The notes under the pieces: generated by a model
Databases searched by the model: none
What the model was told of the DNA's origin: nothing
Seen by the model: only the letters and a program-made list of their open reading frames with translations
From: Eledone cirrhosa
Taxonomy: Eukaryota
DNA length: 64,000 nt
Assembly: GCA_964016885.1 (NCBI GenBank)
Contig: OZ024744.1
Location: 74,276,001 to 74,340,000 of the forward strand
Direction: 5' to 3'
Shown: positions 30,001-45,000 of the stretch, one piece after another
How the letters are laid out: each line of letters opens with the position of its first letter
How positions within the stretch are numbered: the stretch's first letter is position 1
Position numbers and translations under genes: made by a program

Positions 30001-33000
30001 CAAATATCAAACATGCTAGAGTCTAGCTAGTTGAGATGGTATAGCTGCTAAACCATCACAATCACCATTCACATATCAACCATGCCGATTCAAGCAGTTT
30101 CAGATGGTATAGGTTCTAAACCATCACAATCACCATTCATGTTTTAACCATGCTAGAGTCTAGCTAGTTGACATGGTATAGCTGATAAACCATCACAATC
30201 ACTATTCACATATCAACCATGCTTGGGTCTAGCTAGTTGAGATGGTATAGCTGCTAAACCATCACAATCACTATTCACATTTCAACCATGCTAGAGACTA
30301 GGTAGTTGAGATGGAATAGCTGCTAAACCATCACAATCACTATTCACGTTTCAACCATGCTAGAGACTAGGTAGTTGAGATGGTATAGCTGATAAAGCAT
30401 CAAAATCACTAATCACATATCAACCATGCTAGAGTCTAGCTGGTTGAGATGGTATAGCTGCTAAACCATCACAATCACTATTCACATTTCAACCATGCTA
30501 GAGACTAGGTAGTTGAGATGGTATAGCTACTAAACTCTCACAATCACTATTCACATTTCAACGATGCTAGAGTCTAGCCAGTTGAGATGGTATAGATGCT
30601 AAAGTATCACGATCATCATTCACATATCAACATTGCTAGCGTCTAGAATATTGAGATGGTATATCTGCTAAATCATCACAATCACCATTCACATATCAAC
30701 CATGGTAGAGTCTAGCTAGTTGAGATGGTATAGCTGCTAAACCATCACAATGACCATTAATATATCAACCATGCTACAGTCTAGCTAGTTGAGATGGTAT
30801 AGCTGCTAAACCATCACAATCACCATTCACATATCAACCAAGCTAGAGTCTAGCTAGTTGAGATGGTATAGCTGCTAAACCATCACAATCGCTATTCACA
30901 TATCAACCATGCTAGAGTCTAGCTAGTTGAGATGGTATAGCTGATAAACCACCACAATCCCTATTCACATATCAACCTTGCTAGAGTCTAGCTAGTTGAT
31001 ATGGTATAGCTGCTAAAGCATCACAATCACCATTCACATATCAACCATGGTAGAGTCTAGCAAGATGAGATGGTATAGCTGCTAAAGCAACACAATCACC
31101 ATTCACATATCAACCATGCTAGAGTCTTGTTAGTGGAGATGGTATAGCTGCTAAACCATCGCAATCACCATTCACATATCAACGATGCTACAGTCTAGCT
31201 AGTTGAGATGGTATAGCTACTAAACTATCACAATAACCATTCACATATCAACCAAGCTAGAGTCTAACTAGTTGCGATGGTATAGCTGATGAACCATCAC
31301 AATCACTATTCATTAATCAACCATGCTAGAGTCTAGCTAGTTGAGATGGTATAGCTGCTAAACCATCTCAATCACCATCCAAATATCAACAAATGCTAGA
31401 GTCTAGCTAGTTGAGATGGTATAGCTGCTAAACCATCACAATCACCATTCACATATCAACCATGCTAGAGACTAGCTAGTTGAGATGGTATAGCTGCTAA
31501 ACCATCACAATCAATATTCATATATCAATCATGCTAGAGTCTAGCTAGTGGAGAAGGTATAGCTGCTAAAGCATCACAATCACCATTCACATATCAACCA
31601 TGCTGAGTCAAGCTGTTTGAGATGGTATATGTGCTAAACCATCACAATCACCATTCAGTAATTAACCATGCTAGAGTCTATCTAGTGGAGAAGGTATATC
31701 TGCTAAACTATCACAATCACCATACAAATATCAACCATGCTAGAATCTAGCAAGTTGAGATGGTATAGCTGCTAAACCATCACAATCACTATTCACATAT
31801 CAACCATGCTGGGTCTAGCTGTTTGAGATGGTATAGCTGCTAAACCATCACAATCACTATTCACATTTCAACCATGCTAGAGACTAGGTAGTTGAGATGG
31901 TATAGCTGCTAAACTCTCACAATCACTATTCACGTTTCAACCTTGCTATAGTCTAGGTAGTTGAGATGGTATAGCTAAATAAACCATCACAATCACCATT
32001 CACATATCAAGCATGCTAGAGTCTAGCTAGTTGAGATGGTATAGCTGCTAAACCATCAAAATCACTAATCACATCAACCATGCTAGAGTCTAGCTAGTTG
32101 AGATGATGTAGCTGCTAAACCATCACAATCACCATTCACATATCAACCTTCCTAGAGTCTAGCTAGTTGAGATCGTATAGCTGCTAAAGCATTCACAATC
32201 ACCATTCACATATCAACCATGGTAGAGTCTAGCTAGTTAAGATGGTATAGCTGCTAAACCATCACAATCACCATTCACTTATCAAGCATGCTAGAGTCTA
32301 ACTAGTTGAGATGGTATAGCTGATAAACCATCACAATCACTATTCATATATGAACCATCCTCGAGTCTAGCTAGTTGAAATGGTATAGCTCCTAAACCAT
32401 CACAATCATCATCCAAATATCAAATATGCTAGAGTCTAGCTAGTTGAGATGGTATAGCTGCTAAACCATCACAATCACCATTCACATATCAACCATGCTG
32501 AGTCAAGCTGTTTGAGATGGTATAGTTTCTAAACCATCACAATCACCATTCATGTATTAACCATGCTAGAGTCTAGCTAGTTGACATGGTATAGCTGATA
32601 AACCATCACAATTACTATTCACATATCAACCATGCTTGGTTCTAGCTAGTTGAGATGGTATAGCTTGTAAAGCATCACAATCACTATTCACATTTCAACC
32701 ATGCTAGAGAGTAGGTAGTTGAGATGGTATAGCTGCTAAACTCTCACAATCACCATTCACATATCAACCATGCGAGAGTCTAGCTGGTTGAGATGGTATA
32801 GCTGCTAAACCATCACAATCACTATTCACATATCAACCATGCTAGAGTCTAGCTAGTTGAGATAGTATAGCTGATAAACCATCACAATCCCTATTCACAT
32901 GTCAACCTTGCTAGAGTCTAGCTAGTTGAGATGGTATAGCTGCTAAAACATCACAATCACCATTCACATATCAACCATGCTAGAGTCTAGCTAGTTGAGA

Positions 33001-36000
33001 TGGTATGTCTGTAAAAGCATCACAATCACCATTCACTATATCAACCATGCTATAGTCTAGTTAGTTGATATGGTATTGCTGCTAAACCATCACAATCACC
33101 ATTCACATCTCAACCATGCTAGAGTCTAACTAGTTGAGATGGTATAGCTGCTACACCATCAAAATCACTATTCACATAACAACGATGCTACAGTCTAGCT
33201 AGTTGAGATGGTATATCTGTAAAAGCATCACAATCACCATTCACAATATCAACCATGCTATAGTCTAGTTAGTTGATATGGTATTGCTGCTAAACCATCA
33301 CAATCACCATTCACATCTCAACCATGCTAGAGTCTAACTAGTTGAGATGGTATAGCTGATAAACCATCACAATCACCATTCAAATATCAACAAGTGCTAG
33401 AGTCTAGCTAGTTGAGAATGGTATAGCTGCTAAACCATCACAATCAATATTCATATATCAACCATGCTAGAGTCTAGCTAGTTGAGAAGGTATAGCTGCT
33501 AAACCATCACAATCACTATTCACATATCAGCCATGCTAGAGTCTAGGTAGTTGATATGGTATAGCTTCTAAACCATCACAATCACCATTCACATATCAAC
33601 CATGCAAGTGTCTAGCTAGTTGAGATCGTAAAGCTGCTAAACAATCACAATCACCATTCACATTTCAACCATGCTAAAGTCTAGCTAGTTGAGATGGTAT
33701 AGCTGCTAAACCATCACAATCACTATTCATATATCAACCATGCTAGAGTCAAGCTAGTTGAGATGGTATAGCTGCTAAACCATCACAATCATCATTCACA
33801 TATCAACCATGCTGAGTCAAGATGTTTGAGATGGTATATGTGCTAAACCATCACAATCACCATTCACTTATTAACCATGCTAGAGTCTAGCTAGTTGAGA
33901 TGGTATAGCTGATAAACCATAACAATCACTATTCACATATCAACCATGCAAGAGTCTAGCTAGTTGAGATGGTATAGCTGCTAAATCATCACAATCACCA
34001 CTCACAATCAACCTTGCTAGAGTCTAGCTAGTTGAGATGGTATAGCTGCTAAACCATCAAAATCACTAATCACATATCAACCATGCTAGAGTTTAGCTGG
34101 TTGAGATGGTATAGCTGCTAAACCATCACAATTACCATTCACATATCAACCATGCTGAGTCAAGCTGTTTGAGAGGGTATAGGTGCTAAACGATCACAAT
34201 CACTATTCACATATCAACCATGCTGAGTCAAGCTGTTTGAGATGGTATAGGTGCTAAACCATCACAATCACCATTCACATATAACCAAGCTAGAGTCTAG
34301 CTAGTTGAGATGATATAGCTACTAAACCATCACAATCACCATCCAAATATCAACCTTGCTAGAATCTAGCTAGTCGAGATGGTATAGCTGCTAAACCATC
34401 ACAATCACCATTCATATATCAACCATGCTGAGTCAAGCTCTTTGAGATGGTATAGGTGCTAAACCATCACAATCACCATTCACGTATTAACCATGCTAGA
34501 GTCTTCCTAGTGGAGATGGTATAGATGAAAACCATTACAATCACTAATTACATATCAACCATGCTAGAGTCTAGCTAGTTGATATGGTATATCTTCTAAA
34601 CCATCACAATCACCATTCACAGATCAACAATGTAAAAGTCTTGCTAGTTGAGATGGTATAGCTGCTAAACCATCACAATCACCATTCACATATCAACCAT
34701 GCGAGAGTCTAGCTAGTTGAGATGGTATAGCTGCTAAACTATCACAATCTCCATTCACATATCAACCATGAGAGAGTCTAGCTAGTTTAGATGGTATAGC
34801 TGCTAAACCATCACAATCACTATTCACATATCAACCATGCTAGACTGTAGCTAGTTGAGACGTTATAGCTACTAAAGCATCACAATCACTATTCACATAT
34901 CAACCATGCTGAGTCAAGATATTTTGAGATGGTATAGGTGCTAAACCATCACAATCACCATTCACATATAACCAAGCTAGAGTCTAGCTAGTTGACAAGG
35001 TATTCCTGCTAAACCATCACAATCACTATTCACCTATCAACCATGCTAGAGTCTAGCTACTTGATATGGTATAGCTGATAAACCATCACAATCACTATTC
35101 ACATATCAAACATGCTGAGTCTAGCTGTTTGAGATGGTATAGGTGCTAAACCATCACAATCACCATTCACATATAACCAAGCTAGAGTCTAGCTAGTTGA
35201 GATGGTATAGCTACCAAACCATCACAATCACCATCCAAATATCAACCTTGCTAGAATCTAGCTAGTTGAGATGGTATAGCTGCTAAACCATCACAATCAC
35301 CATTCATATATCAACCATGCTGAGTCAAGCTGTTTGAGATGGTATAGGTGCTAAACCATCACAATCACCATTCACGTATTAACCATGCTAGAGTCTTCCT
35401 AGCGAAGATGGTATAGATGAAAACCATCACAATCACTATTTACATATCAACCATGCTAGAGTCTAGCTAGTTGATATGGTATATCTTCTAAACCATCACA
35501 ATCACTATTCACAGATCAACCATGCGAGAGTCTAGCTAGTTAAGATGGGATAGCTGCTAAACCATCACAATCACTATTCACATATCAACCATGCTAGAGA
35601 CTAGCTAGTTGAGATGGTATAGCTACTAAACTATCACAATCACCATTCACATATCAACCATGAGAGAGTCTAGCAATTTAGATGGTATAGCTGCTAAACC
35701 ATCACAACCACTATTCACATATCAACCATGCTAGAGTCTAGCTAGTTGAGACGGTATAGCTACTAAAGCATCTCAATCACTATTCACATATCCCCATGCT
35801 ACAGTCTAGCTATTTGAGATGGTATAGCTGCTAAACCATCACAATCACCATTCACATATCAATCATGCTAGAGTCTAGCTAGTTGAGATGGTATAGCTGC
35901 TAAACTATCACAATCACTATTCACATATCAACCATGCTGAGTCAAGCTGTTTGAGATGGTATAGGTGCTAAACCATCACAATCACCATTCACATATAACC

Positions 36001-39000
36001 AAGCTAGAGTCTAGCTAGTTGAGAAGGTATTGCTGCTAAACCATCACAATCACTATTCACCTATCAACCATGCTAGAGTCTAGCTACTTGATATGGTATA
36101 GCTGATAAACCATCACAATGACTTTTCACATATCAACCATGCTGAGTCTAGCTGTTTGAGATGGTATAGGTGCTAAACCATCACAATCACTAATCACATA
36201 TCAACCATGCTAGAGACTAGGTAGTTGAGATGGTATAGCTGCTAAACTCTCACAATCACTATTCACATTTCAACCATACTAGAGTCTATGTAGTTGAGAT
36301 GGTATAGCTGCTAAACCATCAAAATCACTAATCACATATCAACCATGCTAGAGTCTAGTTGGTTGAGATGGTATAGGTGCCAAACCATCACAATCACCAT
36401 TCATGTATTAACCATGCTAGAGTCTAGCTAGTTGACATGGTATAGCTGATAACCATCACAATCCCTATTCACATATCAACGATGCTAGAGACTAGCAAGT
36501 TGAGATGGTATAGCTGCTAAAGCATCACAATCACCATTCACATTTCAAACATGCAAGAGTCTAGCTAGTTGAGATGGGATAGCTGCTAAACCATCACAAT
36601 CACTATTCACATATTAACCATGCTAGAGACAAGCTAGTTGAGATGGTATAGCTGCTAAACCATCACAATCACCATTCACATATCAACCATGGTAGAGTCT
36701 TGATAGTTGAGATGGTATAGCTGCTAAACCATTACGATCACCATTCACATATCAACCATGCTAGAGTCTAGCTAGTTGAGATGGTATAGCTGATAAACCA
36801 TCACAATCACTATTCACATATGAACCATGCTAGAGTCTAGCTAGTTGAGATGGTATAGCTGATAAACCATCACAATCACTATTCACATATCATCCTTCCT
36901 GGAGTCTAGCTAGTTGAGATGGTATAGCTGCTAAAGCATCACAATCACCATTCACATATCAACCATGGTAGAGTCTAGCTAGTTGAGATGGTATAGCTGC
37001 TAAACCATCACAATTCCCATTCACATATCAACCATGGTAGAGTCTAGCTAGTTGAGATGGTATAGCTGCTAAACCATCACAATCCCTATTCACATATCAA
37101 CCATGCTAGAGTCTAGCTGGTTGAGATGGTATATCTTCTAAACCATCACAATCACCATTCACAGATCAACAATGTAAAAGTCTTGCTAGTTGAGATGGTA
37201 TAGCTGCTAAACCATCACAATCACCATTCACATATCAACCATGCGAGAGTCTAGCTATACCATCTCAACTAGCTAGACTCTCGCATGGTTGATATGTGAA
37301 TGGTGATTGTGATGGTTTATCAGCTATACCATCTCAACTAGCTAGAGATGGTATAGCTACAGTCCAGCTAGTTGAGAAGGTATAGATGCTATACCATCAC
37401 AATCACTATTCACATATCAACCATGCAAGAGTCTAGCTAGTTGATATGGTATAGCTGCTAAACCATCATAATCACTATTCACATATCAGCCATGCTACAG
37501 TCTAGATAGTGGAGAAGGTATAGCTGCTAAACCATCACAATCACTATTCACATATCAACCATTCTGAGTCTAGCTGTTTGAGATGGTATAGGTGCTAAAC
37601 CATCACAATCACCATTCACGTATTAACCATGTAAGAGTCTAGCTTGTTGAGATGGTATAGCTGCTAAACCATCAGAATCACCATTCACATATCAACCATG
37701 CTAGAGTCTAGCTAGTTGAGATGGGATAGCTGCTAAACCATCACAGTCACTATTCACATTTCAACTATGCTAGAGACTAGCTAGTTGAGATGGTATAGCT
37801 GCTAAACCATCATAAATCACTATTCACATATCTACCATGGTAGAGTCTAGCTAGTTGAGATGGTAAGCTTCTAAACCATCACAATCACCATTCATATATC
37901 AACCATGCTAGAGTCTAGCTAGTTGATGTGGTATAGCTGCTAAACCATCATAAATCACTATTCACATATCTATCATGCTAGAGTCTAGCTAGTTGAGATG
38001 GTATAGCTGCTAAAGCATGACAATCACTATTCACATATCAACCATGGTAGAGTCTAGCCAGTTGAGATGGTATAGCTGCTAAACCATCACAATCACTATT
38101 CACATATCAACCATGCTAGAGTCTAGCCAGTTGATATGTTACAGCTGCTAAACCATCAAAATCACCATTCACATAATAACCATGCTAAAGTCTAGCTAGT
38201 TGAGATGGTATAGCTGCTCAACCATCACAATCACTATTCACATTTCAACCATGCTAGAGTCTAGCTAGTTGAGATGGCATAGCTGATAAACCATCACAAT
38301 CACTATTCACATATCAACCATGCTAGAATCTAGCTACTTGAGATGGTATAGCTGCTAATCTATCACAATCACTATTCACATATCAACAATGCTACAGTCT
38401 AACTGTTTGAGATGGTATAGCTGCTAAACCATCACAATCACCATTCATGTATTAACCATGCTAGAGTCTAGCTAGTTGACATGGTATAGCTGAAAAACCA
38501 TCACAATCACTATTCACATATCAACCATGCGTGGGTCTAGCTAGTTGAGATGTTATAGCTGCTAAACCATCACAATCACCATTCACATATCAACCATGGT
38601 AGAGTCTAGCTAGTTGAGATGGTATAGCTGCTAAACCATCACAATCACCATTCACATATCAACCATACTAGAGTCTAGCTAGTTGAGATGTTATAGCTGC
38701 TAAACCATCACAATCACCATACAAATATCAACCATGCTAGAGTCTAGCAAGATGAGATGGTATAGCTGCTAAACCATCACAATCACCATACAAATATCAA
38801 CCATGCTAGAGTCTAGCTAGTTGAGAAGGTATAGCTGCTAAACCATCACAATCACTATTCACATATCAACCATGCTAGAGTCTAACTAGTTGATATGGTA
38901 TAGCTGCTAAACCATCACAATCACCATTCACATATCAACCATGCTAGAGTCTAGCTAGTTGAGATGGTATAGCTGATAAACCATCAAAATCACTATTCAC

Positions 39001-42000
39001 ATATCAGCCATGCTACAGTCTAGCTAGTTGAGAAGGTATAGCTGCTAAACCATCACAATCACTATTCACATATCAACCATTCTGAGTCTAGCTGTTTGAG
39101 ATGGTATAGGTGCTAAACCATCACAATCACCATTCACGTATTAACCATGCAAGAGTCTAGCTTGTTGAGATGGTATAGCTGCTAAACCATCAGAATCACC
39201 ATTCACATATCAACCATGGTAGAGTCTAGCTAGTTGAGATGGTAAGCTGCTAAACCATCACAATCACCATTCACATAACAACCATGCTAAAGTCTAGCTA
39301 CTTGAGATGGTATAGCTGCTAAACCATCATAAATCACTATTCACATATCTACCATGCTACAGGCTAGCTAGTTGAGATGGTATAGCTACTAAAGCATGAC
39401 AATCACTATTCACATATCAACCATGCTAGAGTCTAGCTAGTTGAGATGGTATAGCTGCTAAACCATCACAATCACTATTCACATATCAACCATGCTAGAG
39501 TCTAGCTAGTTGATATGTTATAGCTGCTAAACCATCACTATCACCATTCACATAACAACCATGCTAAAGTCTAGCTAGTTGAGATGGTATAGCTGCTAAA
39601 CCATCACAATCACCATTCACATAACAACCATGCTAAAGTCTAGCTACTTGAGATGGTATAGCTGCTAAACTATCAGAAACACTATTCACATATCAACCAT
39701 GCTAGAGACTAGCTAGTTGAGATGGTATAGCTGCTAAAACGATCACAATCACTATTCACATATCAACCATGCTACAGTCTAGCTAGTTGAGAATGTATAA
39801 CTGCTAAACCATCACAATCACTATTCACATATCAACCATGCTGAGTCTAGCTGTTTGAGATGGTATAGCTGCTAAACCATCACAATCACAATTCATGTAT
39901 TAACCATGCTAGAGTCTAGCTAGTTGACATGGTATAGCTGATAAAACATCACAATCACTATTCACGTATCAACCATGCGTGGGTCTAGCTAGCTGACAAG
40001 GTATAGCTGCTAAACCATCACAATCACTATTCATATTTCAACCATGCTAGAGACTAGGTAGTTCAGATGGTATAGCTGCTAAACTCTCACAATCACTATT
40101 CACATATCAACCATGCTAGAGTCTAGCTAGTTCAGATGGTATAGATGCTAAACCATCACAATCAATATTCATATATAAAACATGCTAGAGTCTACCTAGT
40201 TGAGATGGTATAGCTGCTAAACCATCACAATCACGATTCACATATCAACCATGCTAGAATCTAGGTACTTGAGATGGTATAGCTGCTAAACCCTCACAAT
40301 CACCATTCACATATCAACCATGCGTGGGTCTAGCTAGTTGAGATTGTAAAGCTGCTAAACTATCACAAACACTATTCACATTTCAACCATGCTGAGTCTA
40401 GCTGTTTGAGATGGGATAGCTGCTAAACCATCACAATCACCATTCATGTATTAACCATGCTAGAGTCTAGCTAGTTGACATGGTATAGCTGAAAAACCAT
40501 CACAATCACTATTCACATATCAACCATGCGTGGGTCTAGCTAGTTGAGATGTTATAGCTGCTAAACCATCACAATCACCATTCACATATCAACCATGGTA
40601 GAGTCTAGCTAGGTGAGATGGTATAGCTGCTAAACCATCACAATCACCATTCACATATCAACCATGCTAGAGTCTAGCTAGTTGAGATGGTATAGCTGAT
40701 AAACCATCACAATCACTATTCACATATCAGCCATGCTACAGTCTAGCTAGTTGAGAAGGTATAGCTGCTAAACCATCACAATCACTATTCACATATCAAC
40801 CATGCTGAGTCTAGCTGTTTGACATGGTATAGGTGCTAAACCATCACAATCACCATTAACATATCAACGATGCTAGAGTCTAGCTAGGTGAGATGGTATA
40901 GCTACTGAACCATCACAATCACCATTCACATATCAACCATGCTAGAGTCTAACTAGTTGAGATGGTATAGCTGATACACCATCACAATCACTATTCACAT
41001 ATCAACCATGCTAGAGTCTAACTAGTTGATATGGTATAGCTGCTAAACCATCACAATCACCATTCACATATCAACCATGCTAGAGTCTAGCTAGTTGAGA
41101 TGGTATAGCTGATAAACCATCAAAATCACTATTCACATATCAGCCATGCTACAGTCTAGCTAGTTGAGAAGGTATAGCTGCTAAACCATCACAATCACTA
41201 TTCACATATCAACCATTCTGAGTCTAGCTGTTTGAGATGGTATAGGTGCTAAACCATCACAATCACCATTCACGTATTAACCATGCAAGAGTCTAGCTTG
41301 TTGAGATGGTATAGCTGCTAAACCATCAGAATCACCATTCACATATCAACCATGGTAGAGTCTAGCTAGTTGAGATGGTAAGCTGCTAAACCATCACAAT
41401 CACCATTCACATATCAACCATGCTAGAGTCTAGCTAGTTGGTATGGTATAGCTGCTAAACCATCATAAATCACTATTCACATATCTACCATGCTACAGGC
41501 TAGCTAGTTGAGATGGTATAGCTACTAAAGCATGACAATCACTATTCACATATCAACCATGCTAGAGTCTAGCTAGTTGAGATGGTATAGCTGCTAAACC
41601 ATCACAATCACTATTCACATATCAACCATGCTAGAGTCTAGCTAGTTGATATGTTATAGCTGCTAAACCATCACTATCACCATTCACATAACAACCATGC
41701 TAAAGTCTAGCTAGTTGAGATGGTATAGCTGCTAAACCATCACAATCACCATTCACATAACAACCATGCTAAAGTCTAGCTACTTGAGATGGTATAGCTG
41801 CTAAACTATCAGAAACACTATTCACATATCAACCATGCTAGAGACTAGCTAGTTGAGATGGTATAGCTGCTAAAACGATCACAATCACTATTCACATATC
41901 AACCATGCTACAGTCTAGCTAGTTGAGAATGTATAACTGTTAAACCATCACAATCACTATTCACATATCAACCATGCTGAGTCTAGCTGTTTGAGATGGT

Positions 42001-45000
42001 ATAGCTGCTAAACCATCACAATCACAATTCATGTATTAACCATGCTAGAATCTAGCTAGTTGACATGGTATAGCTGATAAACCATCACAATCACTATTCA
42101 CGTATCAACCATGCGTGGGTCTAGCTAGCTGACAAGGTATAGCTGCTAAACCATCACAATCACTATTCATATTTCAACCATGCTAGAGACTAGGTAGTTC
42201 AGATGGTATAGCTGCTAAACTCTCACAATCACTATTCACATATCAACCATGCTAGAGTCTAGCTAGTTCAGATGGTATAGATGCTAAACCATCACAATCA
42301 ATATTCACATATAAACCATGCTAGAGTCTAGCTAGTTGAGATGGTATAGCTGCTAAACCATCACAATCACGATTCACATATCAACCATGCTAGAATCTAG
42401 GTACTTGAGATGGTATAGCTGCTAAACCCTCACAATCACCATTCACATATCAACCATGCGTGGGTCTAGCTAGTTGAGATTGTAAAGCTGCTAAACTATC
42501 ACAAACACTATTCACATTTCAACCATGCTGAGTCTAGCTGTTTGAGATGGGATAGCTGCTAAACCATCACAATCACCATTCATGTATTAACCATGCTAGA
42601 GTCTAGCTAGTTGACATGGTATAGCTGAAAAACCATCACAATCACTATTCACATATCAACCATGCGTGGGTCTAGCTAGTTGAGATGTTATAGCTGCTAA
42701 ACCATCACAATCACCATTCACATATCAACCATGGTAGAGTCTAGCTAGGTGAGATGGTATAGCTGCTAAACCATCACAATCACCATTCACATATCAACCA
42801 TGCTAGAGTCTAGCTAGTTGAGAAGGTATAGCTGCTAAACCATCACAATCACTATTCACATATCAACCATGCTGAGTCTAGCTGTTTGACATGGTATAGG
42901 TGCTAAACCATCACAATCACCATTAACATATCAACGATGCTAGAGTCTAGCTAGGTGAGATGGTATAGCTACTGAACCATCACAATCACCATTCACATTA
43001 CAACCGTGCTAGAGTCTAACTAGTTGAGATGGTATAGCTGATACACCATCACAATCACTATTCACATAACATCCTTGCTAGAGTCTAGCTAGTTGAGATG
43101 GTATAGCTGCTAAAGCATAACAATCACCATTCACATATCAACCTTGCTAGCGTCTAGCAAGTTGAGATGGTATAGCTGCTAAAGCATCACAATCACCATT
43201 CACATATGAACCTTGGTAGAGTCTAGCTAGTTGAGATGGTATAGCTGCTAAAGCATAACAATCACCATTCACATATCAACCTTGCTAGAGTCTAGCTAGT
43301 TGAGATGGTATAGCTGCTAAACCATCACAATCACCATCCAAATATCAAACATGCTAGAATCTAGCTAGTTTAGATGGGATAGCTGCTAAACCATCACAAT
43401 CACTACACACATATCAACCATGCTAGAGACTAGCTAGTTGAGATGGTATAGATGCTAAACCTTCACAATCACCATTCACATATCAACCATGCTAGAGTAT
43501 AGCTAGTTGAGATGGTATAGCTGCTCAACCTTCACAATCACGATTCACATTTCAACAATGCTAGAGTCTAGATAGTTGAGACGATATAGCTGCTAAACCA
43601 TCACAATCACTATTCACGTATCAACCATGCTGAGTCTAGCTGCTTGAGATGGTATAGCTGCTAAACCATCACAATCACCATTCATGTATTAACCATGCTA
43701 GAGTCTAGCTAGTTGACATGGTATAGCTGCTAAACCATCAAAATCACTATTAACATATCAACCATGCATGGACCTAGCTAGTTGAGATGGTATAGCTGCT
43801 AAACCATCACAATCACCATTTACATATCAACTAAGCTAGAGTCTAGCTAGTTGAGATGGTATAGCTGCTAAACAATCATAATCACCATTCATATATCAAC
43901 CATGCTAGAGTCTAGCTAGTTGATATGGTATATCTTCTAAACCATCACAATCACCATTCTCATATCAACCATGCTAAAGTCTAGCTAGTTGAGAAGGTAT
44001 AGCTGCTAAACCATCACAATCACTATTCACATATCAACCATGCTAGATTCTAGCTGTTTGAGATGGTATAGCTGCTAAACCATCACAATCACCATTCATG
44101 TATTAACCATGCTAGAGTCTAGCTAGTTGAGATGGTATAGCTGCTAAACCATCACAATCACTATTCACATATCAACCATCCGTGGGTCTAGCTAGTTGAG
44201 ATAGTATAGCTGGTAAAGCATCACAATCACTATTCAAATATAAACCATGCTAGAGTCTAGCTAGTTGAGATGTTATAGCTGCTAAACCATCACAATCACC
44301 AATCACATATCAACTAAGCTAGAGTCTAGCTAGTTGATATGGTATAGCTGCTAAACCATCACCATCACCATTCATATATCAACCATGCTAGAGTATAGCT
44401 AGTTGAGATGGTAAGCTGCTAAACCATCGCAATCACCATTCACGTATTAACCATGCAAGAGTCTAGCTTGTTGAAATAGTATAGCTGCTAAACCATCAGA
44501 ATCACCATTCACATATGAACCATGCTAGAGTCTAGCTAGTTGAGATGGGATAGCTTCTAAACCATCACAATCACTATTCACATATCAACTATGCTTGAGA
44601 CTAGATAGTTGAGCTGGTATAGCTGCTAAACCATCGCAATCACCATTCACATATCAACCATGCTAGAGTCTAGCTAGTTGATATGGTATAGCTGCTAATC
44701 CATCACAATCACTATTCACATATCTACCATGCTAGAGTCTAGCTAGTTGATATGGTATAGCATGACAATCACTATTCACATATCAACCATGCTAGAGTCT
44801 AGCTAGTTGAGGTGGTATAGCTGCTAAACCATCATAATCACTATTCACATATCAACCATGCTAGAGTCTAGCTAGTTGATATGTTATATCTGCTAAACCA
44901 TCACAATCACCATTCGCATATCAACCATGCTAAAGTCTAGCTAGTTGAGATGGTATAGCTGCTCAACAATCACAATCACGATTCACATATCAACCATGCT

